Origin: Gammaproteobacteria bacterium
Lineage (GTDB): Bacteria; Pseudomonadota; Gammaproteobacteria; HK1
Direction: 5' to 3'
DNA: 64,000 nt
Assembly: GCA_009937425.1 (NCBI GenBank)
Contig: JAACFO010000006.1
Span: 5,196-69,195 of the forward strand
How positions within the stretch are numbered: the stretch's first letter is position 1; each line of letters begins with the position of its first letter. The notes under the pieces were generated by a model that was not told the DNA's origin, did not search any database, and saw only the letters and a program-made list of their open reading frames with translations. The translations under genes were made by a program, and so were the position numbers. This document shows, piece after piece, positions 1 through 10,653 of the stretch.

Positions 1-181
1 GGTTCTTACCGAGCGCGACCGTGGCGCGGCCATCGCCCTGGCTCTGGCGGGCGCCATGCCCACCGACGTGGTGCTGGTGGCCGGCAAGGGTCACGAGAAT
101 TACCAGGAAATTCATGGCAGGCGGTTTCCGTTCAGCGATGCGGCCGCGGTGCGCGCGGCCCTGCAGGCGCGGCGGGCGTGA
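1..181 (+). CDS. murE: MurE (UDP-MurNAc-L-Ala-D-Glu--2,6-diaminopimelate ligase), C-terminal fragment; the 5' end lies outside the window
   Basis: Frame 2 reads ...DVVLVAGKGHENYQEIHGRRFPFSDAAAVRAAL..., ending at TGA 179-181. AGKGHE is the Mur-ligase C-domain motif. The stop forms a GTGA overlap with the murF start, and the position is immediately upstream of murF. Confidence 0.8.
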   Translation, partial: VLTERDRGAAIALALAGAMPTDVVLVAGKGHENYQEIHGRRFPFSDAAAVRAALQARRA

Positions 182-1518
182 TACGTATGCAGGTCATGGA
201 AGCAGCGGCGGCTTTAGAGGCGCAATGCAGCGACGGCGACGCGGTGTTTCTGGGTTGCAGCACCGACTCGCGCAGTTGCGGGCGCGATCAGTTGTTCGTC
301 GCCCTGGAGGGTCCGAATCACGACGGCCATGAGCATGTGAACGAAGCCCGGCGGCGCGGCGCGGCGGCGGCCCTGGTTTCCCGATCGGTGGATTCACCGC
401 TGCCGATGCTCCGGGTCGCCGACACCCTGCAGGCATTGGGTCGTCTTGCCGGTGTGTGGCGCGAGCGTTTCGAACTTCCCGTCATCGGCGTGACCGGCAG
501 CAACGGCAAGACCACGGTCAAGGAAATGCTCGCGGCAATCCTGCGTGGCGGTGATCCGGTGCTGGCCACCCGCGGTAATTTGAACAACGAGATCGGACTG
601 CCGCTTACGCTTATGGAGCTGAACAGCGAGCACCGCCTGGCGGTCATCGAGATGGGTGCCAACCATCCCGGCGAGATCGCCCGGCTTGCGCGCCTGGCGC
701 GTCCCCATGTGGGTGTCATCACCCAGTGCGCGCCTGCCCACCTGGAAGGGTTCGGCAACATCGAAGGCGTGGCCAAGGCCAAGGGCGAGCTGTTGCAGAA
801 CCTGGATGCAGACGGCACCGCGGTCATCAACGCCGACGACGAATTCGCGCCCCTGTGGCGCCGCCTCGCGGGGGACCGGCACTGCCTGGATTTCGCCTTG
901 GACGGCCCCGCGGATGTGCGTGCCGAGTGGCGTCAGGAAGCCACGGGGAGCCGCATCCACATGACGACTCCCGTGGGCGACATGGAGCTTCGCCTGGCAC
1001 TTCCCGGTCGGCACAACGTCGCCAATGCCGCCGCCGCGTGCGCCGCGGCAATCGCCGTCGGCGCCGCCTGCGAAGCCATTGCCAGCGGCCTCGAGAGCAT
1101 GCGACCGGTGCCGGGTCGATTGGAACCGAAGAGCATCGACACCGACATCTGCATCATCGACGACACCTACAACGCCAACCCCGCCTCGCTGCAGGCGGGA
1201 CTGGAAGTGCTGGCCGCCTTTCCCGGCCGCCATTGGCTGGTGCTCGGTGACATGGCCGAGTTGGGCGATTCTGCGCCGGACTACCATCGGCAGGTGGCAC
1301 AGCTGGTGCGCGACTTTCACGTAGACCGGCTGCTCACCATCGGAGAATTGAGCCGACTGACTACGGCCAGTTTCGGTGAGGGAGCACACCACCATGCATC
1401 AATGGATGCACTGGTGGCATCGCTGGAGGAATCACTCGAACCGCATACCACGATCCTCGTCAAGGGTTCACGCTCCATGGGCATGGAACGTGTCGTCGCG
1501 GCGTTAACTTCGGAGTGA
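178..1518 (+). CDS. murF: UDP-N-acetylmuramoyl-tripeptide--D-alanyl-D-alanine ligase
   Basis: The 446-aa ORF has the Mur-ligase P-loop GVTGSNGKTT and DDTYNANP. It sits in the canonical dcw position between murE and mraY. Confidence 0.9.
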   Translation: MIRMQVMEAAAALEAQCSDGDAVFLGCSTDSRSCGRDQLFVALEGPNHDGHEHVNEARRRGAAAALVSRSVDSPLPMLRVADTLQALGRLAGVWRERFELPVIGVTGSNGKTTVKEMLAAILRGGDPVLATRGNLNNEIGLPLTLMELNSEHRLAVIEMGANHPGEIARLARLARPHVGVITQCAPAHLEGFGNIEGVAKAKGELLQNLDADGTAVINADDEFAPLWRRLAGDRHCLDFALDGPADVRAEWRQEATGSRIHMTTPVGDMELRLALPGRHNVANAAAACAAAIAVGAACEAIASGLESMRPVPGRLEPKSIDTDICIIDDTYNANPASLQAGLEVLAAFPGRHWLVLGDMAELGDSAPDYHRQVAQLVRDFHVDRLLTIGELSRLTTASFGEGAHHHASMDALVASLEESLEPHTTILVKGSRSMGMERVVAALTSE

Positions 1519-1521
1519 CTG

Positions 1522-2604
1522 ATGCTGCTGCAACTAACTGAGTACCTGGGCCAGTTTCACAGTGGATTCGGTGTGTTCCAATACCTCACCCTGCGCGCCA
1601 TTCTCGGTGCGCTCACGGCGCTCATGATCTCGTTGATCGTGGGTCCATCGATGATTCGCCGCCTGAGTAAGTTTCAGATCGGGCAGACGGTGCGCGACGA
1701 CGGACCGAAATCCCATTTCGCCAAAGCCGGCACTCCGACCATGGGTGGTTCACTGATTCTGGTGGCCATCGCCACCAGCACCTTGTTCTGGTCGGACTTG
1801 AGCAACCGCTTCGTGTGGGTGGTGTTGATCGTAACCCTGCTTTTCGGGGCCGTCGGCTGGGTAGACGACTACAAGAAGCTGGTAAAAGGCGACCCGGCGG
1901 GTTTGTCCGCGCGTCAAAAGTATTTCTGGCAGTCGCTCATCGGACTCGCCTGTGCGGTGTTTCTTTATGAGACGGCCACTTTTCCCGCCGAGACCCAGCT
2001 GATCGTGCCCTTCTTCAAGGATGTCGCGATTGAACTCGGTTGGATGTTCGTCGTACTTACCTACTTCGTCATCGTCGGGACGAGTAACGCCGTCAACCTC
2101 ACGGATGGTCTGGACGGACTCGCCATTCTTCCCACGGTGATGGTGGCGGCGGCGCTCGCCATTTTTGCCTACGTAGCCGGCAACTTTTCCTTCGCCAGTT
2201 ATCTCGGCTTTCCATACATCGGTGGAGTAGGCGAGGTCGTCGTCTTTTGCGGCGCCATAGTCGGTGCCGGTCTCGGTTTCTTATGGTTCAACACCTATCC
2301 GGCGCAAGTGTTCATGGGCGACATCGGTGCGCTCGCCCTCGGCGCGGCGCTGGGCGTGGTGGCGGTAGTCACGCGCCAGGAACTCGTCCTCATGATCATG
2401 GGCGGCGTGTTCGTGATGGAAACCGTGTCGGTGATCCTGCAGGTGGCCTCGTTCAAGTTGACCGGCAAACGCATTTTTCGCATGGCGCCGCTGCACCATC
2501 ACTTCGAGCTCAAGGGCTGGCCGGAATCACGGGTCATCGTTCGCTTTTGGGTCATAACCATGATTCTAGTGATGGTCGGACTCGCGACCTTGAAGATTCG
2601 CTGA
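1522..2604 (+). CDS. mraY: phospho-N-acetylmuramoyl-pentapeptide transferase
   Basis: The 360-aa protein is polytopic. It carries the MraY motifs [23 protein letters not shown] and APLHHHFE. Confidence 0.94.
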   Translation: MLLQLTEYLGQFHSGFGVFQYLTLRAILGALTALMISLIVGPSMIRRLSKFQIGQTVRDDGPKSHFAKAGTPTMGGSLILVAIATSTLFWSDLSNRFVWVVLIVTLLFGAVGWVDDYKKLVKGDPAGLSARQKYFWQSLIGLACAVFLYETATFPAETQLIVPFFKDVAIELGWMFVVLTYFVIVGTSNAVNLTDGLDGLAILPTVMVAAALAIFAYVAGNFSFASYLGFPYIGGVGEVVVFCGAIVGAGLGFLWFNTYPAQVFMGDIGALALGAALGVVAVVTRQELVLMIMGGVFVMETVSVILQVASFKLTGKRIFRMAPLHHHFELKGWPESRVIVRFWVITMILVMVGLATLKIR

Positions 2605-2610
2605 CAGGCA

Positions 2611-3978
2611 ATGATGGGACAGTCGACGGCTCAGGAAAATGAACCCGGCACCCTGGTGGTGGGTCTCGGCACGACCGGGCTCTCGTGCGTGCGCCATCTG
2701 CGGCGCTTGGGTCGCCGCGTGACGGCGGTGGACAGCCGGGTGTCGCCGCCGGCGCTGGCTGCCGTGTCGCAGGAGTTCCCCGAAGTGCGCGTCACCCTCG
2801 GTGGATTTTCCCACCAGGCGTTTCAGGACGTGGGAGACATCGTCGTGAGTCCCGGTGTTTCACTATCGGAACCAGCGCTGCAGCAAGCCCTGGCGGCGCG
2901 CATTCCAGTGTGTGGTGATATCGAGCTGTTCGCCCGCGCGGTGGGTGCGACACCAGTTGTTGCCATCACCGGTTCCAACGGCAAAAGCACCGTGACCACC
3001 ATGGTCGCCGAGATGCTGCGCATGGACGGTAGGCGAGTGAAGGTGGGCGGCAATCTCGGCATGCCGGCGCTCTCACTGCTGGAAGGCGATCGGCCCGAAG
3101 TGTACGTGCTGGAACTATCGAGCTTTCAGTTGGAAACCACCGACTCGCTGCATCCGCAGGTCGCGGCGGTACTCAACGTCAGCGCCGATCACATGGATCG
3201 CTACGCCGGTGTGGAAGAGTATGCGAGCACCAAGGCGCGCATCTTCGCAGGCCGCGGCGTCATGGTGCTCAACCGTGACGATGGGCGGGTTGCGGCCATG
3301 GCACGGGCCGGCCGCCAGGTGGTCTTCTACACCTTGGGTGTTCCCCGGGCCGATGAGTTCGGCCTGCAGCCGGGAGACGACGGCGGTCATCTCAGTCTGG
3401 GCGAGACTTCCATCGTGGCCGCCAACGCGCTCAAGGTGGCAGGCCGTCACAACATTGCCAATGCCCTCGCAGCCATGGCAATCGCCAATGTTCTAGGCGT
3501 CTCCCAAGATGCCATGGCACGCGTATTGAAGAATTTTCGCGGTCTGCCCCATCGCTGCCAACTGGTCGCCGATGTTGGCGGCGTGCGTTGGTACGACGAT
3601 TCCAAGGCGACGAACGTCGGCGCCACGGTGGCTTCAATAAGCGGTCTTGGGCGTCGTTCCGGTGGCCTCATTCTTATTGCCGGTGGTGACGCCAAGGACG
3701 CCGATTTTTCCGCCCTGCAGGAGCCGCTGGGCCGGCATGTGGGTTTGTTGCTGCTCATCGGCCGGGATGCCGGGCGCATCGCGGCAGTAGCGCAAGGCGT
3801 GGTGGAGATCGTGCACGCCGAGGGCATGGCGGATGCTGTCGAAATTGCCCACGCACGTGCGCAGCCTGGCGACAGCGTGCTGCTGGCCCCGGCCTGCGCC
3901 AGCTTCGACATGTACAGGAGCTACGAAGAGCGCGGCGACGCGTTCGCCGCCGAGGTGCGCAGGGTGTCAGTCGCATGA
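2611..3978 (+). CDS. murD: UDP-N-acetylmuramoylalanine--D-glutamate ligase
   Basis: The 455-aa ORF has an N-terminal Rossmann loop VVGLGTTG and the P-loop ITGSNGKSTVT. Its dcw position is canonical, and it has an ATGA overlap with ftsW. Confidence 0.9.
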   Translation: MMGQSTAQENEPGTLVVGLGTTGLSCVRHLRRLGRRVTAVDSRVSPPALAAVSQEFPEVRVTLGGFSHQAFQDVGDIVVSPGVSLSEPALQQALAARIPVCGDIELFARAVGATPVVAITGSNGKSTVTTMVAEMLRMDGRRVKVGGNLGMPALSLLEGDRPEVYVLELSSFQLETTDSLHPQVAAVLNVSADHMDRYAGVEEYASTKARIFAGRGVMVLNRDDGRVAAMARAGRQVVFYTLGVPRADEFGLQPGDDGGHLSLGETSIVAANALKVAGRHNIANALAAMAIANVLGVSQDAMARVLKNFRGLPHRCQLVADVGGVRWYDDSKATNVGATVASISGLGRRSGGLILIAGGDAKDADFSALQEPLGRHVGLLLLIGRDAGRIAAVAQGVVEIVHAEGMADAVEIAHARAQPGDSVLLAPACASFDMYRSYEERGDAFAAEVRRVSVA

Positions 3979-5141
3979 ATACGGTGAGCGCACAGCAGGC
4001 ATGGTCCCACGAGCAGGTCGAGCAGCTGCGCGGCCTGTGGCAACGCTACGACGCGCAGCTCATCGTCGCGGTGCTGGCGATTATGGGCATCGGGCTGGTG
4101 ATGGTGGCGTCGGCGTCGATCTCCATCGCAACCCGTGAGCTTGGCGATCCTCTCTATTACTTCTGGCGCCAGAGCGTTTACGTGGCCATCGGCCTCGCGC
4201 TCATGCTGGCGGCGACGCGCATTCCGTTGCAGGCATGGCGAAGCCTGGGCCCCGTACTGCTGGGCATCGGCGCGGTGATGCTGATGCTCGTATTCATTCC
4301 CGGCCTCGGCAGGGAAGTCAACGGCAGCCTGCGCTGGCTGAGCTTCGGTCCGTTCAACCTGCAACCGTCGGAACCCATGAAGCTGTTCATGGTTCTTTAT
4401 CTGGCCGGCTATCTGGTGCGCCGCGGCGAGTTGGTTCGCAGTACCGTTGGCGGATTCATCCGGCCCATGTCGATGCTCGCGGTAATCGGTGTGATGCTGT
4501 TGTTCGAACCGGACTACGGCGCCACGGTGGTACTTTTCACCACGGCCCTTGGCATGTTGTTTCTAGGCGGTGTGCCCTTCTGGAGTTTTGTAGGCTGGGC
4601 CCTGTTCGTCGTCGTCAGCATGGGCGTGGTGGTGATGGCCGCGCCTTACCGGGTCGAGCGTTTGCTCACATTCTTGAATCCCTGGGCGGATCCTTTCGGC
4701 AGCGGCTTTCAGTTGACCCAGGCACTCATCGCTATCGGTAGCGGTGAGTGGTTCGGCGTTGGCCTGGGCAGCAGCGTGCAAAAGCTTTTTTACCTGCCGG
4801 AGGCGCACACGGATTTCCTGTTCGCGGTGCTCGCCGAAGAGTTGGGCATGTTGGGCGTGCTGGTGGTGATTCTGTTGTTCACCTTTGTCGTCTGGCGTGC
4901 CATTGCAATCGGCAGCCGCGCCGAGGCTGCCGGGCACGCCTACGGTGCGCACCTGGCCTACGGCGTGGGTTTGCTCATCGGCGTGCAGGCCTTCGTCAAT
5001 ATCGGCGTCAACATGGGCATTCTGCCCACCAAGGGCCTCACGCTGCCTCTCATGAGTTACGGCGGTTCCAGCCTGGTGGTAAACGCATTCGCCCTGGGCC
5101 TGGTCATGCGCGTCGATCATGAGTTGCGGAGGCGTGCATGA
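3975..5141 (+). CDS. ftsW: SEDS-family cell-division protein FtsW (peptidoglycan glycosyltransferase / lipid II handling)
   Basis: The 388-aa protein is polytopic. SEDS motifs present: QPSEPMKL, LPEAHTDF and GILPTKGLTLPLMSYGGSS. It lies between murD and murG. Confidence 0.9.
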   Translation: MNTVSAQQAWSHEQVEQLRGLWQRYDAQLIVAVLAIMGIGLVMVASASISIATRELGDPLYYFWRQSVYVAIGLALMLAATRIPLQAWRSLGPVLLGIGAVMLMLVFIPGLGREVNGSLRWLSFGPFNLQPSEPMKLFMVLYLAGYLVRRGELVRSTVGGFIRPMSMLAVIGVMLLFEPDYGATVVLFTTALGMLFLGGVPFWSFVGWALFVVVSMGVVVMAAPYRVERLLTFLNPWADPFGSGFQLTQALIAIGSGEWFGVGLGSSVQKLFYLPEAHTDFLFAVLAEELGMLGVLVVILLFTFVVWRAIAIGSRAEAAGHAYGAHLAYGVGLLIGVQAFVNIGVNMGILPTKGLTLPLMSYGGSSLVVNAFALGLVMRVDHELRRRA

Positions 5142-6247
5142 GCAGCGGTACAGCCCGGCAGGCCGGAAAAAACATCTCGGTGTTGATCATGGCCGGCGGC
5201 ACCGGCGGTCACGTGTTTCCCGCCCTGGCGGTCGCAAGACAGCTGGAGAGCGAAGGCGCGCGCGTCCTGTGGCTGGGGACTCCCGGCAGCTTCGAGTCAC
5301 GGCTGATCCCCGATACCGGCATCCCGTTTCACGAAGTGCCGGTCAAGGGGCTGCGCGGCAAGGGTTGGCTCGGTTGGCTGAAGGCGCCTTTCGCGCTGCT
5401 GCGGGCGCTTCTACTGGCGCTTCGCGCATTGCGGCAACTCGCGCCGGATCTGGTTCTGGGAATGGGTGGTTACGCTACCGGGCCCGGTGGGGTGGCCGCA
5501 AGATTGTTGGGGAAACCGCTCGTGATTCATGAGCAAAACGCCGTGCCGGGTCTTACCAACCGGCTGCTGGCACGCATCGCCACCCGCGTGTTGGAAGCGT
5601 TCCCCGGCAGTTTTCCGGCCCCTCGCCGGGCTCGCCACACGGGCAACCCCGTGCGCGAGGAAGTCGTGCGTGTGCCACCGCCGGAGCAACGCCTGGCGGG
5701 GCGCAGCGGTCCCCTGCGTCTGCTGGTGCTTGGCGGCAGCCAGGGCGCCAAGGTGCTGAACGAGGTTGTCCCGTCGGCCATTGCCGGGCTTGCCGATCGC
5801 GGCATCGTCCAGGTGCGCCACCAGACCGGGGAAGCGAATCTGGAAGACACCAGGGAGCGTTACCGCCGGGCCGGTATCGAGGCCGAGCCGGTGGCTTTCA
5901 TCGATGACGTGGCCGGCGCTTACGGCTGGGCGGACCTGGTCGTCTGCCGGGCGGGCGCCTTGACCGTATCGGAACTCGCCGTGGCCGGCGTCGCTTCGGT
6001 GCTCGTGCCTTTTCCCTACGCGGTGGACGACCACCAGACCCGTAACGGACTCAGCCTGGCCGACGCTGACGCGGCGGTGCTCATCGATCAGAGTGAATTG
6101 AATGCTACGCGTCTTGGCACTCTTCTAGCCGAGTTCCACGGCGCGCGGGGACGCTTGCTCGGCATGGCGCAAGCCGCCAGGCGGCTCGGTATTCCCACCG
6201 CCACCCGGCAGGTCAGCGACTGCTGCCTGGAGCTGGCCCATGCGTGA
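5138..6247 (+). CDS. murG: UDP-GlcNAc:undecaprenyl-PP-MurNAc-pentapeptide GlcNAc transferase
   Basis: The 369-aa ORF has the N-terminal G-loop [14 protein letters not shown] and the later HEQNAVPG motif. It has an ATGA overlap with the ftsW stop. Confidence 0.92.
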   Translation: MSSGTARQAGKNISVLIMAGGTGGHVFPALAVARQLESEGARVLWLGTPGSFESRLIPDTGIPFHEVPVKGLRGKGWLGWLKAPFALLRALLLALRALRQLAPDLVLGMGGYATGPGGVAARLLGKPLVIHEQNAVPGLTNRLLARIATRVLEAFPGSFPAPRRARHTGNPVREEVVRVPPPEQRLAGRSGPLRLLVLGGSQGAKVLNEVVPSAIAGLADRGIVQVRHQTGEANLEDTRERYRRAGIEAEPVAFIDDVAGAYGWADLVVCRAGALTVSELAVAGVASVLVPFPYAVDDHQTRNGLSLADADAAVLIDQSELNATRLGTLLAEFHGARGRLLGMAQAARRLGIPTATRQVSDCCLELAHA

Positions 6248-7751
6248 GCGCCGGGGCAGCATGGGAAAAAATGTTCGCTCGCTGGCCGCGGTCAACGGCG
6301 GACATGCACCCGCCGACCACGATCTGTGGATGAAGCGTGTGCGCCGGGTGCATTTTATCGGCATCGGCGGCGCCGGCATGGGTGGTATCGCCGAGGTGTT
6401 GCACACCCTCGGCTTTCAAGTTTCCGGTTCCGATCTGCACGCCAATGCCATGACCCGGCGCCTTCAGAATCTCGGCGTGCGCATCGACACCGGCCACGAT
6501 CCGCAACACGTGGAGGGCTGCGAGGTGGTGGTCATTACGACCGCAATCACCGAGGACAACCCGGAACTCGCGAGCGCAAGGGAGCGGCACATCCCGGTGG
6601 TGCCCCGGGCGCAGATGCTCGCCGAACTCATGCGCTTTCGTCACGGTATCGCCGTCGGAGGCACTCACGGCAAGACCACCACCACCAGCCTGGTGGCAAG
6701 CCTGCTGGCCGAGGGCGGGCTCGATCCCACTTACGTGATCGGTGGCCGCCTCATCGGCAGCGGCGTCAATGCGCGCCTGGGCGCGAGTCGCTACCTGGTG
6801 GCCGAGGCCGACGAGAGCGATGCCTCCTTTTTATATTTGCAGCCCATGATGGCGGTGGTGACCAACATCGATGCGGACCACCTGGAAACCTATGGCGGGG
6901 ACTTCCAGCGTCTTACCCAGACCTTCCTGGATTTTCTGCATCGCCTGCCCTTTTACGGTCAGGCCGTTCTCTGTTACGAGGATCCCACCATCCGCGAGCT
7001 GTTGCCGGAGGTTGCGAAGCCGCTGACGACCTATGGCTTCAGCGACAAAGCCGACGTGTACGCCACCGATGTTCGCCACGACGGCACCCGCAGCCATTTT
7101 CGCGTGCACCAAACCGGGCGTGAGAAAGCTCTGGACGTGGATCTCAATCTTCCCGGAAGGCACAACGTATTGAACGCTCTGGCAGCAATCGCCGTCGCCC
7201 GTGAGCTGCACGTGGACGACGCCGCGGTGAAACGCGCCCTGGGCGGTTTCCAGGGGATCGCGCGCCGCTCCCAGAATTACGGGCCGCGATCGAGTCCCGC
7301 CGGCACTATCACCATCGTCGACGACTACGCACACCATCCCAGGGAGATCGCGGCGACCTTGCAGGCGGCGCGATCGAGTTGGCCGGAAAAACGATTGGTC
7401 GTGGTGTTTCAACCGCACCGCTACACGCGTACGCGGGATTTGTTCGAGGACTTCAGCCAGGTGTTGTCGGAAGTCGACGCACTGGTGATGTTGGATGTTT
7501 ACCCGGCGGGGGAGGAGCCCATCAGCGGTGCCGATGGACGCACCCTGTGTCGCGCAATCCGTGCCCGTGGCCAGGTGGATCCGGTTTTCGTCGACCAACT
7601 TGCCGATGTCGCCGGGATGTTACCCGGTGTGCTCGCCGATGGTGACGTGTTGCTGGTGCTCGGCGCAGGTGACATCGGCAATCTGGCGCCGGAGCTTTCC
7701 GAGCTGTGGGCCGAGTCGGTCCCGGCGAAAGGAGGTAGGGGCGCGTCATGA
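6240..7751 (+). CDS. murC: UDP-N-acetylmuramate--L-alanine ligase
   Basis: Motifs seen: [17 protein letters not shown] and [10 protein letters not shown]. The start is ambiguous: ATG 6240 overlaps murG by 8 nt, and ATG 6261 is the alternative. Confidence 0.9.
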   Translation: MRERRGSMGKNVRSLAAVNGGHAPADHDLWMKRVRRVHFIGIGGAGMGGIAEVLHTLGFQVSGSDLHANAMTRRLQNLGVRIDTGHDPQHVEGCEVVVITTAITEDNPELASARERHIPVVPRAQMLAELMRFRHGIAVGGTHGKTTTTSLVASLLAEGGLDPTYVIGGRLIGSGVNARLGASRYLVAEADESDASFLYLQPMMAVVTNIDADHLETYGGDFQRLTQTFLDFLHRLPFYGQAVLCYEDPTIRELLPEVAKPLTTYGFSDKADVYATDVRHDGTRSHFRVHQTGREKALDVDLNLPGRHNVLNALAAIAVARELHVDDAAVKRALGGFQGIARRSQNYGPRSSPAGTITIVDDYAHHPREIAATLQAARSSWPEKRLVVVFQPHRYTRTRDLFEDFSQVLSEVDALVMLDVYPAGEEPISGADGRTLCRAIRARGQVDPVFVDQLADVAGMLPGVLADGDVLLVLGAGDIGNLAPELSELWAESVPAKGGRGAS

Positions 7752-8665
7752 CGGCCCAGGCACTGAACATGAATCAACACCGCGGGGAATTGCGCATCGA
7801 CGAACCCATGTCACGCCACACGGTGTGGGGCATTGGCGGACCTGCGAAGCGCTTTTACCGGCCCGAGGGGATACAGGACCTGACTGAGTTCATGTCGAGC
7901 TTGCCCCCGGATGAGCCGATTTTCTGGCTCGGGCTGGGTAGTAACCTGCTGGTACGTGACCGGGGCATCGACGGTACGGTGATAGCCACCGACACGCTGG
8001 ATGCCATCCATGTGACCGGGGATACCCGAGTACGCGTGGCGACAGGTGTTGCATGCCCCAAGGTGGCGAAGTTTTGCGCGGCGCGGCAATTGAGCGGTAG
8101 TGAATTCTTCGCCGGCATCCCCGGAACCCTGGGTGGCGCCCTGGCGATGAATGCCGGCGCCTTCGGTGGTGAGACCTGGGACTTGGTGGAATCGGTCCAG
8201 ACTATTGCCCGGGATGGGAGTCTGCGCGAGCGCATGGCGAAGGAATTCACCATCGGCTACCGCAGTGTAGAGGGTCCAGGTGACGAGTGGTTCACGGCCG
8301 CGGAGCTGCAGCTCGAGAGAGACGACGACGGAACCGCTGCAGTGCGCATCAAGGAGTTGCTGCGCCGGCGCGCGGAAACTCAGCCCATGGGAACGCGCAA
8401 TTGCGGATCCGTTTTTCGAAATCCTCCCGGCGATTACGCGGCGCGCCTGATCGAAGCCAGCGGGCTCAAGGGCGAACGCGTGGGCAACGCGGTGGTATCG
8501 GAAAAGCACGCCAATTTCATCATTAATACCGGCGGTGCCACTGCGACTGAGGTGGAGTCACTGATCGTGCGGGTTGCGAGACGCGTGGCCGTGGACAGCG
8601 GCGTACGCCTGGTGTGTGAGGTGCGCATTGTCGGGCGGTCGGCGGACCCGGGGAGTCAGCAATGA
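7748..8665 (+). CDS. murB: UDP-N-acetylenolpyruvoylglucosamine reductase (short, type II MurB)
   Basis: The 305-aa ORF has [33 protein letters not shown] and [10 protein letters not shown]. It has ATGA overlaps with both murC and ftsQ. Confidence 0.88.
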   Translation: MTAQALNMNQHRGELRIDEPMSRHTVWGIGGPAKRFYRPEGIQDLTEFMSSLPPDEPIFWLGLGSNLLVRDRGIDGTVIATDTLDAIHVTGDTRVRVATGVACPKVAKFCAARQLSGSEFFAGIPGTLGGALAMNAGAFGGETWDLVESVQTIARDGSLRERMAKEFTIGYRSVEGPGDEWFTAAELQLERDDDGTAAVRIKELLRRRAETQPMGTRNCGSVFRNPPGDYAARLIEASGLKGERVGNAVVSEKHANFIINTGGATATEVESLIVRVARRVAVDSGVRLVCEVRIVGRSADPGSQQ

Positions 8666-9381
8666 ACCTGGCGGCATCCCGCGCCCGTCCTTTGCTGATT
8701 GCGTTGCTGTTGCTGGCCCTGGCCGGTGCTGCATTGCCCATCGCGCAACGCCTTAACGGGCAGGCGGTGAACTCCGTGCGCGTCGCCGGTAAGTTCAAGC
8801 ACGTATCCCGTGGTGCCCTCGAGCAGGTGGTGGCGGATCAAATAACCAAGGGATTTTTCGAAGTAGATGTGGAGGCCGTGCGGATCGCCTCCCGGGCCCT
8901 TCCCTGGGTACGCGAAGCGTCGGTTCGGCGGGTGTGGCCGGACAGCCTGCATGTGGCCATCGTCGAGCGCGAGCCAGTCGCGCGCTGGAATGACGAGGCC
9001 CTCATGGAACTCGACGGAACGCTTTTTCAGCCACACGGCAAAGCCAGCGAGTTGGATCTGCCGAAGTTGTTTGGTCCTGCCGAGAGCGAACGCGAGGTTC
9101 TCGCAGCCCACGGTCGATTCCGCAGCGTGTTGGGGCCGCTGGGTGGCGGCATCGAGAGTCTGCGTTTGCCCGCCCGTGGTGGCTGGCGCGTGATGCTCGC
9201 CAACGGTACGACGCTGGTGCTCGCCCAGGGACAGGACGCGGCGACGCTGCAGCGATTCGCGAACGCGGCGGTCAAGGAAATTGCAGAGCATCTGGATCAA
9301 ATCGAGCAAGTGGATCTTCGTTATGCGGGCGGATTCGCCGTGCGCTTGAAGCAGGTTCCCGAAAAGGCCAGCGGGGGTTGA
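8662..9381 (+). CDS. ftsQ: cell-division protein FtsQ
   Basis: The 239-aa protein has one N-terminal TM helix (LLIALLLLALAGAAL) followed by a POTRA-like region. It sits directly upstream of ftsA. Confidence 0.8.
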   Translation: MNLAASRARPLLIALLLLALAGAALPIAQRLNGQAVNSVRVAGKFKHVSRGALEQVVADQITKGFFEVDVEAVRIASRALPWVREASVRRVWPDSLHVAIVEREPVARWNDEALMELDGTLFQPHGKASELDLPKLFGPAESEREVLAAHGRFRSVLGPLGGGIESLRLPARGGWRVMLANGTTLVLAQGQDAATLQRFANAAVKEIAEHLDQIEQVDLRYAGGFAVRLKQVPEKASGG

Positions 9382-9386
9382 GATAA

Positions 9387-10619
9387 TTGAAGAAGACCGA
9401 CAAAAAGCTAATCGTGGGTCTGGATATTGGTACATCCAAGGTGTCCGCCGTGGTCGGCGAAGTGTCCGAGGAGCGCGGTGTCGACGTCATCGGTATCGGT
9501 ATTCATCCATCGCGGGGTTTGAAAAAAGGTGTTGTCGTCAACATCGAATCCACCGTGCAATCGATACAACGCGCCGTCGAAGAAGCGGAGCTGATGGCCG
9601 GCTGCCAGATTAACTCGGTTTATGCAGGCATCGCCGGGAATCACATCCGCAGCCTCAACTCCCACGGCATCGTCGCAATCCGCGACAAGGAAGTAACGGC
9701 TAGCGATGTCGACCGGGTCATTGATGCAGCACGCGCTGTGGCGATCCCCGCCGACCAGAAGATCATTCACATCCTGCCTCAGGAATTCATTATCGATAAC
9801 CAGGAGGGCATCAAGGAGCCGATCGGCATGTCCGGTGTGCGCCTGGAATCGAAAGTACACATGGTCACTGGGGCGGTGAGCGCTGCCCAGAACATTATTA
9901 AATGTGTGCGTCGCTGCGGGCTCGAAGTCGACGACATTATTCTGCAACAACTTGCATCGAGTTATTCAGTGCTGCTGGACGATGAGAAGGAGCTGGGTGT
10001 CTGTCTGGTGGACATCGGCGGCGGCACTACCGATATCGCCGTGTTCACCGAGGGCGCCATTCGCCATACCGCGGTCATTCCCATCGCCGGGGATCAAGTA
10101 ACCAACGACATCGCCGTGGCGCTGAGAACACCGACCCAGAACGCCGAAGAGATAAAGGTCAAATACGCCTGTGCGCTGGCCCAACTGGCCACCGCCGAAG
10201 AAAGCATCGAAGTGCCGAGCGTCGGCGAGCGCCCACCACGACGGCTTGCACGCCAAACGCTGGCCGAAGTGGTCGAGCCCCGCTACGAAGAGTTGCTGAC
10301 TCTGGTGCAAGCGGAGCTGCGGCGCAGCGGTTTCGAGGATCTCATCGCGGCGGGCGTGGTCCTCACCGGTGGTAGCTCCAAGATGGAAGGCCTTATGGAG
10401 CTCGCCGAGGAGATTCTTCATATGCCGGTGCGCATCGGTGCGCCGCAATCGGTGTCCGGGTTAACGGATGTGGTACGAAACCCGATCTACGCCACCGGCG
10501 TGGGACTTCTCCTGTTTGGCCACAACAACATGCACGAACGGGGTGCTCAATCCGTCTCCAGTGGAAGCTTTAAGTCTGTGTGGGACCGAATGAAAAGTTG
10601 GTTCCAGGGTAATTTTTGA
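9387..10619 (+). CDS. ftsA: cell-division protein FtsA (actin-like ATPase)
   Basis: The 410-aa ORF starts at TTG. It has LIVGLDIGTSK, the VDIGGGTTDIAVF phosphate loops and a C-terminal amphipathic tail (WDRMKSWFQGNF). Confidence 0.93.
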   Translation: MKKTDKKLIVGLDIGTSKVSAVVGEVSEERGVDVIGIGIHPSRGLKKGVVVNIESTVQSIQRAVEEAELMAGCQINSVYAGIAGNHIRSLNSHGIVAIRDKEVTASDVDRVIDAARAVAIPADQKIIHILPQEFIIDNQEGIKEPIGMSGVRLESKVHMVTGAVSAAQNIIKCVRRCGLEVDDIILQQLASSYSVLLDDEKELGVCLVDIGGGTTDIAVFTEGAIRHTAVIPIAGDQVTNDIAVALRTPTQNAEEIKVKYACALAQLATAEESIEVPSVGERPPRRLARQTLAEVVEPRYEELLTLVQAELRRSGFEDLIAAGVVLTGGSSKMEGLMELAEEILHMPVRIGAPQSVSGLTDVVRNPIYATGVGLLLFGHNNMHERGAQSVSSGSFKSVWDRMKSWFQGNF

Positions 10620-10653
10620 AGGTGTAACTGACCTCTGTGTCGGAGGGGAAAAA

